DNA from: a bacterium
Lineage (GTDB): Bacteria > Fidelibacterota > Marinisomatia > Marinisomatales > UBA1611
Assembly (NCBI GenBank): GCA_038127595.1
Contig: JAYPIC010000005.1
Location: 2,371 to 28,934 of the forward strand
Length of the DNA: 26,564 nucleotides
Direction: 5' to 3'
Part shown: positions 10,875-20,597 of the stretch, piece after piece
Layout: each line of letters opens with the position of its first letter
Position numbering within the stretch: the stretch's first letter is position 1
Made by a program: the position numbers and the translations under genes
The notes under the pieces: model-generated
Databases searched by the model: none
What the model saw: only the letters and a program-made list of their open reading frames with translations
What the model was told of the DNA's origin: nothing

Positions 10875-11830
10875 TAATAATGTCTTCCTTGAATAAATTT
10901 AAAAAAACTGTATAATTCACTATTATTACCGATTCCAAATTTTGATAATGAATCATACGCATTAGAGAAATAATCAAAAGCTATTTTATCTACTTTATTT
11001 TTTACTCCACTTTGATTCAAAAATTTACGAATGTTATCTAAATTTTTTCCATCATATTCATCAACTAATTTTTCCCATCTCATCTTATCTTCATTTTTTG
11101 CAAGTATTGCTAAAGGTGTTTTTTTATTTGAGGCTATATCACTACCCAAACTTTTACCCATGACCTTTTCATCTCTAAAAATTTCAAATAAATCATCTTG
11201 TATTTGAAATGCTACACCAAGAGTTTTACCAATATTATAAAGAAGTTCTACATTACTCTTATTTTCATTTTCAATAATTGCTGGTAAAGCTAAACAAGAG
11301 CCAAGCAATGCACCGGTTTTCTTCTTCACCATTTCTATGTAATCATCTATATCTAGCTCATCTTCAACCTCATATTGTTTATCCATAGCTTGACCTTCGC
11401 ATATTTCAAGTACCATTTCATTATATTTTTGAAATAATATTTTTGAGTTTTGATCAACTGATAACAAAATAAGCTGTGTGATTGTAAAAATACCATCGCC
11501 TGCTAAAATTGCAGAGGGAACATCGTACTTTTTATGTAATGTAGGCATATTTCTTCTTTTATCATCAGAATCCATAATATCATCATGAATAAGAGTAAAG
11601 CAATGCAATAATTCAATAGCCATTGAAATTTTCATAATATCATCTGGATCAGATTTAAAATGTCTTCCAGTTAAGTGAACAATTATTGGCCTATATCTTT
11701 TACCTTTCCCCTTCAATGAATACTCAATTGGCCTATATAAATAGCTTGGGGTTTTTGGAAATGAAAAACTATTTAATGACTTATTAAATTCTTTGCGAAT
11801 GAATTCAATTAGCCCTGAGATATCTTCCAT
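10874..11830 (-). CDS. Polyprenyl diphosphate synthase (short-chain, GGPP synthase-like)
   Basis: GKRYRP, first Asp-rich motif FTLIHDDIMD..RR, GQAMD, KTG, and second motif FQIQDDLFE. Confidence 0.92.
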   Translation of the reverse strand: MEDISGLIEFIRKEFNKSLNSFSFPKTPSYLYRPIEYSLKGKGKRYRPIIVHLTGRHFKSDPDDIMKISMAIELLHCFTLIHDDIMDSDDKRRNMPTLHKKYDVPSAILAGDGIFTITQLILLSVDQNSKILFQKYNEMVLEICEGQAMDKQYEVEDELDIDDYIEMVKKKTGALLGSCLALPAIIENENKSNVELLYNIGKTLGVAFQIQDDLFEIFRDEKVMGKSLGSDIASNKKTPLAILAKNEDKMRWEKLVDEYDGKNLDNIRKFLNQSGVKNKVDKIAFDYFSNAYDSLSKFGIGNNSELYSFFKFIQGRHY

Positions 11831-13198
11831 TTAGTGTGAGCTAGCCTCTAGTTTTCCAAATTCATTTAATTTGTTCAGTATCAATTCTTGGATTTCGCTC
11901 ATCTTCTTAGGTGTATTCCCTTCAAATCTACATACGATTACAGGTTGAGTATTTGAAGCTCTGACTAGACCCCAACCTCCATCAAATTTGACTCTTACAC
12001 CATCAACTGTAATACAATCATAATTACTACTAAAATAGCTTTCAGCCTTTTTAGCAATATCAAATTTTAATTCATCAGATTCTGCTTCTAATCTTATCTC
12101 AGGAGTAGAATAATACTTCGGTATTTCTGCTTTTAACTCTGAAAGTTTTTTATCTGTTCTTGATAATAATTGCAACAATCTTCCTGCCACATATATGGCA
12201 TCATCATATCCATAATAATCATCTGCAAAAAAAATATGACCACTCATTTCACCACCTATCTTACAATTATTTTCGGCCATTTTATTTTTTATCAAAGAAT
12301 GCCCAGTATTCCACATCACAGGTTTACCGCCATACTTTATTATCATGTCCTCTAAAGCCTGAGAACACTTTACATCAAAAATCACTTCATCTCCTTGTTC
12401 AACAACATCAGATATCAAAATAGCGAGTAATTGATCTGCCCAAATTATGTCACCAGTTTCATCCACAACTCCTAACCTATCAGCATCACCATCAAAAGCT
12501 ATACCTAGATCATAGGTACCTGTTTTTATTTCATTTATAAGGTCTTTTAAGTTTTCTTCTACAGTTGGGTCTGGATGATGATTAGGAAATGTTCCATCAG
12601 GTTCACAAAATAATTCTTTTAAATCAACACCTAAATCCTTAAAAATTGAAGGAGCGTTTATGGCAGCTGCAGCGTTACCACAATCCATAACTACTTTCAT
12701 TTTTCTGTTTATAGAAATTTTACTTTTTATCATTTCAGCATATTTTGGAAGAAGCTTATAACGTGTTTCGGAACCTTCACCGCTTTCATAATCCAAATTG
12801 ACAATAAACTTTTTAATTAATTGTATTTGGTCTCCATATACTGGTTTTTTATGCAAAGATAATTTAAACCCATTAAACTCTGGAGGATTGTGACTTCCTG
12901 TAATCTGAACAGATGCAGAAACATCCAATTCAAAAAGACTAAAATAATTTACAGGGGTTGGTACTATTCCAATGTTTATTACATCAACTCCAGTTGATAG
13001 AACGCCCTCTTTGAAAAAATTAATAAGATCAGGGGTTGTTAGTCTAATATCTCCACTAATGGCAATTTCTCTACCACCTGATCTTTTTACTAATGTACCA
13101 AATGCTTTCCCCAAAGAAACAACAACCTCTGGCGGAAAATCCTCTGCAACTTTTCCTCTAATATCATATTCTCTAAAAATATATGGATTCACATTCAT
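11831..13198 (-). CDS. Phosphomannomutase/phosphoglucomutase
   Basis: IFREYDIRG, phosphoserine motif TGSHNP, FDGDADR, GEMSGH and RASNT. The probable start is ATG 13198 rather than 13261. Confidence 0.94.
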   Translation of the reverse strand: MNVNPYIFREYDIRGKVAEDFPPEVVVSLGKAFGTLVKRSGGREIAISGDIRLTTPDLINFFKEGVLSTGVDVINIGIVPTPVNYFSLFELDVSASVQITGSHNPPEFNGFKLSLHKKPVYGDQIQLIKKFIVNLDYESGEGSETRYKLLPKYAEMIKSKISINRKMKVVMDCGNAAAAINAPSIFKDLGVDLKELFCEPDGTFPNHHPDPTVEENLKDLINEIKTGTYDLGIAFDGDADRLGVVDETGDIIWADQLLAILISDVVEQGDEVIFDVKCSQALEDMIIKYGGKPVMWNTGHSLIKNKMAENNCKIGGEMSGHIFFADDYYGYDDAIYVAGRLLQLLSRTDKKLSELKAEIPKYYSTPEIRLEAESDELKFDIAKKAESYFSSNYDCITVDGVRVKFDGGWGLVRASNTQPVIVCRFEGNTPKKMSEIQELILNKLNEFGKLEASSH

Positions 13199-13224
13199 TT
13201 TTTGTATCTCTTTTTCTTTTTCCC

Positions 13225-14292
13225 CTACAATCGAGGCAATTTTTTTAATAATCTTTTCCATCCAATTTTATCTAGCATTGATTTCATTTTTCTAAATCCA
13301 ATTCCATAATCAGGATCAGTATTCTCATTCATATTTTTTAATCTATACTTACTTAATTTTGAACTATAATTTTCATATATCAAGCTAGATCCCAAATTAC
13401 AAAATCCTTCCCTAAAATCTGATTGTAAATCAATTTGATTTTGAAATAAATAAACATGAAGAAGTTCATGAGCTAAAACTGCATTAAAAATTTCTTGATG
13501 TAAATTGGATAGGATATAAATATGGTAGTCTTGATCGATAATTTTCCCAGCTAATGTACTTTCTTCATAACTAGTATACCCTTGAATATTTCCATGCCTA
13601 TGGCCTGACATTTTTATCAAATCATCCTTACTATCAATTAATGTAACTGGAACCTTTTCTGGTAACTCATTAATACCAATTTTTTTTAAAACATTTAAAA
13701 CTTCAGCTAAGTTTTTATTTAATTGTGATTTACTCTTCACCACATTTGGTTTACATAAGTTGCAAACAAATCTGTTTCCACTTACAGAAAAGCCACCTTT
13801 AGTTAACTGTTTTGATATAAGCCTGTTACAATTATCGCAGCTAGGAATTTTATCTTCATGGTAATGATGATAATAATTACCCCAAAAATCTTTAATATAT
13901 TTGTCTTCAACGGGCTGGTAACATAAATCGCACTTTGGAAGAATATGATTTACATAACAACTTTCATGATATTCTTTACCTTCATGAACATTATATATGC
14001 CATTAATTAAATCTCCACATTCATCACATCTTTTTTGAATGTGCTGCTGAAAGCATCTTTTATGATAGTTTTTACCTTTAGAGGTGTTGTAGGATGCTTC
14101 AATTTTTCTATTGCAATGATCACAATATATTTGAATATGCTTATCATAGCAAGACCGATGGTAATTATTACCTTTGTGAATTAAATATTGGCCTGTCAAT
14201 TCACTCTTACAAGTTTTACAATATTTTTGAGTCCCAAAAGCAACTGAAAATAATAAAAAAATTATAGAAAATTTAATTAGCCAATGCTTCAT
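13225..14292 (-). CDS. Exported protein with tandem LIM-like zinc-finger repeats and a DA1-like zinc peptidase domain
   Basis: Signal peptide ending VAFG; repeated CxxC-x16-HxxC units; LAHELLH followed by EGFCN, resembling plant DA1 LAHEMMH...EEGIC. Confidence 0.8.
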   Translation of the reverse strand: MKHWLIKFSIIFLLFSVAFGTQKYCKTCKSELTGQYLIHKGNNYHRSCYDKHIQIYCDHCNRKIEASYNTSKGKNYHKRCFQQHIQKRCDECGDLINGIYNVHEGKEYHESCYVNHILPKCDLCYQPVEDKYIKDFWGNYYHHYHEDKIPSCDNCNRLISKQLTKGGFSVSGNRFVCNLCKPNVVKSKSQLNKNLAEVLNVLKKIGINELPEKVPVTLIDSKDDLIKMSGHRHGNIQGYTSYEESTLAGKIIDQDYHIYILSNLHQEIFNAVLAHELLHVYLFQNQIDLQSDFREGFCNLGSSLIYENYSSKLSKYRLKNMNENTDPDYGIGFRKMKSMLDKIGWKRLLKKLPRL

Positions 14293-14331
14293 TTAGACTT
14301 TCCAAAAGTAATACTTAAAATATCAAAATTT

Positions 14332-14679
14332 TTAAAAATGACCTTTATATCGATCTACTGGATATTTTTTTTCATTCTTTTTCATCTTTTGCTCTACAGC
14401 TGAGGAAATATCTATATTATTTCTGTTCGCAAAAGCGATTGCATATATTATGATATCAGCTAACTCATCAATAGCTTCTTGCCGAGATATGCCTTCTGAC
14501 ATCTTTACTTTTGAATCTTCCTCTGTATCCCATTTAAATATATCCATAAGCTCACTTGCTTCAATTGCCAATGCCATAGAAATATTTTTCGGGCTATGAA
14601 ACTGAGACCAATCTCTTTCTTTTACAAAATTCTCCACAAAATTTTTTAGAGCATCCATAGAGGTTTCTTTATCAATCAT
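14332..14679 (-). CDS. MazG-like nucleotide pyrophosphohydrolase (dCTPase-like)
   Basis: ERDWSQFHSPKN, EASEL, DELAD and KNEKKYP motifs. The probable start is ATG 14679. Confidence 0.9.
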   Translation of the reverse strand: MIDKETSMDALKNFVENFVKERDWSQFHSPKNISMALAIEASELMDIFKWDTEEDSKVKMSEGISRQEAIDELADIIIYAIAFANRNNIDISSAVEQKMKKNEKKYPVDRYKGHF

Positions 14680-14699
14680 ATACTTTTCTGAAAAATTAT

Positions 14700-17072
14700 T
14701 TATATTTTTGACCAATAGTTTAATTTGATTACAAAAGCGTTGTTTGATTCTTCTGACCATTCATTATCGCTAGCAGAGAAATATTTATTTTTATTGATAT
14801 TGTATACTACAAAAATAGTACTGCCTGGCCTATATTCCCACCTTAGAACAAAAGTACCAACATTATTCTCAATCTTAAAATTTGGGTTATCATAATTACT
14901 CAAATAATCATAAGAACCTAAATTCATAGTTTCTGGCGCTAACAAATTGGAAAAATTATCATATTTAATGTCGGCATAGAAAGGTTGAAAGTAACCCTGG
15001 AATGTTAAATCAGGAGAAAAGGTCCAATCAAGACGTAATTGGATTTGGTCTGTAGTTTGCTTTGATTTCGCATACACTCTAACAATTTCACTACCATCCT
15101 CAATGATATCTACATATTGCATGTAGTTAGGGGAAATATCTCTTTTAAACTCTAGACTAAGATTTAGCGGGTCAATTGGTTTATAGTCAATTTCAAATTG
15201 AGAGTAGTATCCTTTACCTCTTAATTTTGCATTACCCATTCCTGCATCAATAGATAATATTAATTTTTTCCTTCTATCTGATTTTATCCAAAAGCCATTA
15301 TACCAAAATTTTTCTGTTTCATATACCCAGGCATTATCGTCCCTAAAAATATCTTCATCATTATATGCAGGTTGTTTGATAAAACTATTTAAACCAAATC
15401 GCCAATAATTTTTTAATAATGTCCAAGTTTCGATACTCAGTTCGTCCTCTATCAAAATGTCATCAATGCCCCATTTTTTATTTAATTTAATTTCAAATGA
15501 ACTACCTAGAAGGTAACCAATTGGTTCTAACCTTCTAATTTTAAACATCATACCAGACCAAGTCATATCATTCCTTCTAAGATATCCTAGATCATTGATA
15601 TCAAACTTATCATCATAGCTACCAAGCCAAAACCTTGACTCCCACCAAGTAGCATTTTTATATCCGATATTAAACCTAAATGCATCTCCAGATTCATTTG
15701 CATTTGATCTAACAATTTGACCGTTTGAAAAAAGTCTATTATTTAGAAGTCCTATTTTCCAATCTAAGCCTAGAACGTTTGCACCTGTAGAATTTTTGCG
15801 GGTGACGTCAGTATAAATTAAGCCAACTCTTGAGAATTTATTCAAAATAGATTTCTCTAATTTACCAACGGAGTAACTAGTTTGAGGTTCGACAACGAAT
15901 CTATTTTTATTATCACCAATAAATAAATCACCAGATTCTTCTTTAGTCATAGCATTAATAAAACCGTAATTAATACCACTATTGGTAGTTCCAATTAATT
16001 TAATTGCACCAATTATAGTTGTATTATCTGATACGTTTTCTAGATCCCCGCTATCAGGGTCAAAATAATTAGGCGTAGCTCCAATTCTTCTGGAATTAAA
16101 TAAATTCATTCTATTTTTAAAAAAACTTGCTCCTTCGGAAAAAAATGGCCGCTTTTCTTCATAAAATGTTTCAAATGCACTAAGATTTAGTACTGAAGGG
16201 TCAGCCTCAACCTGTCCAAAATCAGGATTGACTGTAGCATTAATAATAGCGTTTGAGCTAACACCATATCTTAGGTCTGCACCTAGATTGAACTGATTCT
16301 CTGATTGCCTAGAACTAGATAGAAAATAAGGTGCAATTTCTAATTTCTTGGGCTCAGGAATATTTTTTAATCCTTCAAGTATTCCAAATGATGAAACAAT
16401 ACCAACATGGGATCTCCTACGGCCAGGCCATAAAAATTCCTCCTGCGTCCTATGTATATGCCTATTAAGAGATATTCCCCAAACCATTTCATCTTTATCT
16501 TCATATTGAAAAACAGAAAATGGAATTCTGATTTCAGCTGTCCAACTACTATCGTTTTGCGAAACTGCTGCATCCCAAACCGCATCCCAGCTTCTATCAT
16601 AGTTCTCTTGCCCAGATACATTTACATCTATTTTTACTCCTGCAGCATTTACCCCAAACCACTTACCATTAAAATCATCATTTCTAGAGTCAACTGCAAC
16701 TCCTATGAAATCAGCTACAGTATTGAAGCCATCCATGTATGCATCTCTTCGCGTTAAAGGTGCTCTTATTTTTTTTGAGTTCGAATCAAAATTTAGAAAA
16801 GATATGTAAATAGCATTATCATCATATAAAATTCTAACTTCAGTCTTTTCAGAAGGTTTATCAAATTCTACTGGCACCAGCTGAAGAAAATCGCTTATCA
16901 CAACTGAATTATTCCATGTAGTTTCGTTTAGGATACCATCAATTACTGGTGACGCTTCACAGCGAGTAGCATAAGCTACTTTATACCTTAACGAGTCAGG
17001 GTTAATTACATTTTTACTAAAAATCAGAGAAATGAAAATAAAAGGCGTAATTATTTTTTTGAAATAAATCAT
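14700..17072 (-). CDS. DUF5916-like exported/outer-membrane protein with N-terminal CBM9-like domain
   Basis: Signal peptide; PVIDGILNE..W, WTAEIRIPF, NPDFGQVEAD and FYEEKRPFF motifs; beta-strand-like C-terminus. Confidence 0.8.
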   Translation of the reverse strand: MIYFKKIITPFIFISLIFSKNVINPDSLRYKVAYATRCEASPVIDGILNETTWNNSVVISDFLQLVPVEFDKPSEKTEVRILYDDNAIYISFLNFDSNSKKIRAPLTRRDAYMDGFNTVADFIGVAVDSRNDDFNGKWFGVNAAGVKIDVNVSGQENYDRSWDAVWDAAVSQNDSSWTAEIRIPFSVFQYEDKDEMVWGISLNRHIHRTQEEFLWPGRRRSHVGIVSSFGILEGLKNIPEPKKLEIAPYFLSSSRQSENQFNLGADLRYGVSSNAIINATVNPDFGQVEADPSVLNLSAFETFYEEKRPFFSEGASFFKNRMNLFNSRRIGATPNYFDPDSGDLENVSDNTTIIGAIKLIGTTNSGINYGFINAMTKEESGDLFIGDNKNRFVVEPQTSYSVGKLEKSILNKFSRVGLIYTDVTRKNSTGANVLGLDWKIGLLNNRLFSNGQIVRSNANESGDAFRFNIGYKNATWWESRFWLGSYDDKFDINDLGYLRRNDMTWSGMMFKIRRLEPIGYLLGSSFEIKLNKKWGIDDILIEDELSIETWTLLKNYWRFGLNSFIKQPAYNDEDIFRDDNAWVYETEKFWYNGFWIKSDRRKKLILSIDAGMGNAKLRGKGYYSQFEIDYKPIDPLNLSLEFKRDISPNYMQYVDIIEDGSEIVRVYAKSKQTTDQIQLRLDWTFSPDLTFQGYFQPFYADIKYDNFSNLLAPETMNLGSYDYLSNYDNPNFKIENNVGTFVLRWEYRPGSTIFVVYNINKNKYFSASDNEWSEESNNAFVIKLNYWSKI

Positions 17073-17211
17073 ATTTAGAGTTCTGATATGTGGATTTAAG
17101 TCAGTTAAAAAGAAATCGGAAGAGTTAATAAAGATTGCGCTGGTTCATTTTAAAGTATGTGTATCTAAAACTACAAAATATTAAAATTACATTGAAGCGA
17201 AACCTTAACCC

Positions 17212-18447
17212 TTAAAGCTCTTCAATTGCTTTAATTCTTGCTAAAACAGGAGGATGGCTATATGATAGAAACACCTTGAAAGGATGCGGAGTCAAATGGG
17301 ATAAATTATTAGCTGCTAATCCTTTAAGCATACTAATCAAAGCGTCCTTATTATTTGTAGTTTCATAAGAGTAACGATCAGCTGAAAATTCATTTCTCCT
17401 AGATATAATTGAAGAAATAATTGATGTTATCATACTTACAGGAGCGTAAAGCATCGAAAAGAAAACCAGTCCTGCATGAACTGATAGATCGCTCACACCA
17501 AACACATTGAAGAGATTAATATCGCTCATAATTGTACTAAAAACGAAAAGCATTACTCCAGTCTCTAAAATTCCAATGATTGTGCCTTGAATGATATGTT
17601 TTAATTTATAATGTCCAACCTCGTGAGCAACCACTGATACAATTTCATCTGTAGAGTGCTTCTCAACCAATGTGTCAAAAATTGCTATCCTGCGAGATTT
17701 ACCGAAACCACTAAAATATGCATTTGAATGTGCACTTCTCTTACTACCATCCATTATATCAATTCTCGCTAGTGGAAAATTGACTAAATTAGTGTACTTC
17801 TCAATCGCAATGCGAAGTTCGCCATCATCAAGTGGTGTAAATTTGTTAAACATCGGTGATATGACATGAACAAATATTGGCTGTATTGCTATCATGAAAA
17901 CTGTTAATAATGACCAGGCAATTAACCATCCATATGTTGCATATTCATTGAAAAGATAAAGAACGGGGCTAATTATGATTGAGCCTAAAACGATAAATAA
18001 TGCATATCCCTTTATTTTATCAGAAATGAATAATCCTGCAGACGTTTTATTAAAACCAAACCTTTCTTCAATAACAAAAGTACTATAAATAGAAAAAGGT
18101 AGGCTTATAATATCCTGAAAAAAATAAATTATTGCTATGAATAGCAATCCTTGTAATATGTAATGATCAGTTTGAGCATTAACGAATTCATTTAAATTTC
18201 CAAAGATACCGGTATGAATCACTACCATGATAAGTATCAAACTAAATGTGCTTGAAAATAGACTAAACTTAGTTCTCGCCTTTAAATACTCCTGTGATTT
18301 TGAATACTTTTCTTCATCATAGGCATCTTGAAAGTCTTTCGGGATCTCATGAGTAATATTGCGGAGATCTAGAAAAGAGCCAACACTTGATAGTAGGTAT
18401 TCGACGATTATTGCAGAAACAATAATTGTATAATATAAATTTTCCAT
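17212..18447 (-). CDS. M48 family (Ste24-like) membrane zinc metallopeptidase
   Basis: DGSKRSAHSNAYFSG, HEVGH, EFSAD and SHPP motifs; multiple TM segments. Confidence 0.93.
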   Translation of the reverse strand: MENLYYTIIVSAIIVEYLLSSVGSFLDLRNITHEIPKDFQDAYDEEKYSKSQEYLKARTKFSLFSSTFSLILIMVVIHTGIFGNLNEFVNAQTDHYILQGLLFIAIIYFFQDIISLPFSIYSTFVIEERFGFNKTSAGLFISDKIKGYALFIVLGSIIISPVLYLFNEYATYGWLIAWSLLTVFMIAIQPIFVHVISPMFNKFTPLDDGELRIAIEKYTNLVNFPLARIDIMDGSKRSAHSNAYFSGFGKSRRIAIFDTLVEKHSTDEIVSVVAHEVGHYKLKHIIQGTIIGILETGVMLFVFSTIMSDINLFNVFGVSDLSVHAGLVFFSMLYAPVSMITSIISSIISRRNEFSADRYSYETTNNKDALISMLKGLAANNLSHLTPHPFKVFLSYSHPPVLARIKAIEEL

Positions 18448-18492
18448 ATTTCCCTTTTTTAAAAATTTTAATTAAACATAAAAGTAAAAATC

Positions 18493-19398
18493 CTAATTAT
18501 CACTACCTTCAATAACTTCCCTTAGCATTCCCTTTGCGTTACTTAGTTTTTTTTGAGCATCAATTATATCACAAGACCGCATAATCATAACAATGGCAGT
18601 TTTTACTGATTTATTAGCTTTCATGAGAGCTTCAAGAGATTTTTCGTAACTTTCTCCGGTTATATTTTTAATAATACGTACACCGCGATCTACAAGTTTT
18701 TCATTTACTGCCATAAGATCAACCATAAGGTTTCCATATACTTTCCCCATTGATATCATTGTTGTTGTAGATATCATGTTCAATATCATCTTTGTAGCAG
18801 TGCCTGCTTTCATTCTTGTGGACCCTGCAACAATTTCTGGCCCTGTATCTGCAGCAATGACCTTATCAACTGAGGTTGATAGATAAGGCGAAGGGTTTGT
18901 AATAAGATATACAGTTTTTGCACTTTTCTTTTTAGCGTAATCCAAAGCGGAAATAACATATTTTGCCGCCCCACTACAACTTATACCAATTAAAAGATCA
19001 TTCTTGCTTAACTTATACATTTCTAGATCTTTTTCAGCTTGAAGTGGGTCATCTTCTGCTCCTTCTATAGACTTTCTTAAAGCGTTATCACCACCAGCTA
19101 TTAAGCCAATGAACCAATCATTAGGAACAGAATAAGTTGGTGGGCATTCTGATGCATCAAGTACGCCTAAACGACCACTGGTCCCTGCTCCAATGTAAAA
19201 GACCCTACCTCCATTAATTAGAGATTCTTTCGCATAAGAAACCACAACTTCAATATCAGGCAAAACTTTTTCTACCGCACTAGCAACAGTTTGATCTTCC
19301 AAATTAATTGTTTCTAAAATTTTAGATATTGGAAACTCATCAATTGATTCTGAATTTATATTTTGTTGTTCTGTATTTAATGTTTCTCGCTTATTCAT
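18493..19398 (-). CDS. murQ: N-acetylmuramic acid 6-phosphate etherase
   Basis: GAGTSGRLGVLDASECPPT, GAED, GPE..GSTRMKAGTA and NLMVD motifs. The probable start is ATG 19398. Confidence 0.96.
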   Translation of the reverse strand: MNKRETLNTEQQNINSESIDEFPISKILETINLEDQTVASAVEKVLPDIEVVVSYAKESLINGGRVFYIGAGTSGRLGVLDASECPPTYSVPNDWFIGLIAGGDNALRKSIEGAEDDPLQAEKDLEMYKLSKNDLLIGISCSGAAKYVISALDYAKKKSAKTVYLITNPSPYLSTSVDKVIAADTGPEIVAGSTRMKAGTATKMILNMISTTTMISMGKVYGNLMVDLMAVNEKLVDRGVRIIKNITGESYEKSLEALMKANKSVKTAIVMIMRSCDIIDAQKKLSNAKGMLREVIEGSDN

Positions 19399-19418
19399 AA
19401 TCTCATAATTTACAACAC

Positions 19419-20318
19419 ATGCCAAATTGGAAAAACATTACCCTTGATATACCAAAGGGAGATTTAAATAGTATATCTGAGAAAATTTCCGAGATCAAAA
19501 GGGTATTATCAATCACTATCACTGATAAAATTGACGAGCCTAATTCTAAATGGTTCGATGAAGGTGGGAAACAACAACCTCTTCTAGGTGAGACCCATTT
19601 AATAAAACTTTTAACATCGGCTTCAATTAATTCTGAACTTTTAAATAATGATATTCGAAAAAAGCTAGAAGATGAAACCATAAACATTCTTAAAGAAGAG
19701 ATTTTCGAGGATCGAGATTGGATTCAACATTCAAAGAATCAATTTAAAGAAATAAAAATAACAGATACCCTGCGAATTTTACCTCCATGGGTCGCTGATA
19801 AAAATGAAAGTGGGATCTCAATAATCATTGATCCTGGATCTGGCTTTGGAACTGGCTCTCATCCGACCACGCAGCTATGTTTAAAATGGATTGAAAAAAA
19901 TACTGATCCAAATTATAGTTTAATTGATTATGGATGTGGATCAGGCATCCTCTCAATTGCTGCAAAAAAATTTGGATATGGCCGAGTTGTTGGCGTAGAT
20001 AATGACCATCAAGCCCTACTAAATGCAAAAAGGAATAAAGATCTTAATTCTTCTGATATAGTTTTTTTTCACTCTAATGATTATGATCATAATGAATCTT
20101 ATGATACTACAATTGCAAACATTCTACTCAATACTATTATTAGCTTAAGAGAAACATTGATTTCTAGTTTGAAGGAAAATGGAATTTTGATTTTAAGCGG
20201 AATTCTAGAAGAGCAAGCATCTGATATTATAGATGCATTTAAATCTGATATGTTTTTAAGTATTGTTGATAACCAAGAGGGATGGCTACTGATGAAAGGT
20301 AAAAAAAATAAATTCTAA
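19419..20318 (+). CDS. prmA: Ribosomal protein L11 methyltransferase
   Basis: DPGSGFGTGSHPTT, DYGCGSGILSI, ANIL and LSGIL motifs. Confidence 0.94.
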   Translation: MPNWKNITLDIPKGDLNSISEKISEIKRVLSITITDKIDEPNSKWFDEGGKQQPLLGETHLIKLLTSASINSELLNNDIRKKLEDETINILKEEIFEDRDWIQHSKNQFKEIKITDTLRILPPWVADKNESGISIIIDPGSGFGTGSHPTTQLCLKWIEKNTDPNYSLIDYGCGSGILSIAAKKFGYGRVVGVDNDHQALLNAKRNKDLNSSDIVFFHSNDYDHNESYDTTIANILLNTIISLRETLISSLKENGILILSGILEEQASDIIDAFKSDMFLSIVDNQEGWLLMKGKKNKF

Positions 20319-20367
20319 TTAGAAGGTTTTAGCATATTAATGAACTAATAAAACTATTTTTCATACC

Positions 20368-20402
20368 AAAAACAAAAAACCCGCCACAATAAGCGGGTCT
20401 TT
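20368..20402 (-). terminator. Rho-independent terminator after tRNA-Arg, possibly bidirectional with prmA
   Basis: Stem ACCCGC (20379-20384) pairs with GCGGGT (20393-20398). It is followed on the minus strand by a T-rich run (TTTTTGTTTTT) and on the plus strand by CTTT. Confidence 0.75.
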
Positions 20403-20405
20403 GCT

Positions 20406-20482
20406 TGGTACGCCTGAGAGGACTCGAACCCCTAACCTTTTGGTCCGTAGCCAAACGCTCTATCCAATTGAGCTACAGGCGC
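20406..20482 (-). tRNA. tRNA-Arg (anticodon ACG), 77 nt with encoded CCA
   Basis: Reverse complement GCGCCTGTAGCTCAATTGGATAGAGCGTTTGGCTACGGACCAAAAGGTTAGGGGTTCGAGTCCTCTCAGGCGTACCA. The anticodon arm is TTTGG-CTACGGA-CCAAA and the T-loop is TTCGAGT. Confidence 0.97.
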
Positions 20483-20597
20483 ATATGTTAATCTAATTTT
20501 AAAATTTTGTGATTTAAATTTACATATAATATGAATGTCATTTTTGAAAAATTATCACAGTTTATAATAGGTTAAAAATCGCAAACTAAAATGAAAC

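Noticed and set aside
10874..18447. Eukaryote-like prenylation system from the Ste24-like peptidase, polyprenyl synthase and LIM protein
   Set aside because: There is no protein prenyltransferase or CAAX substrate, and these families are individually common in bacteria.
20406..20482. tRNA-Arg as the integration site of a genomic island
   Set aside because: No integrase, transposase or duplicated tRNA 3' end is visible in the window.
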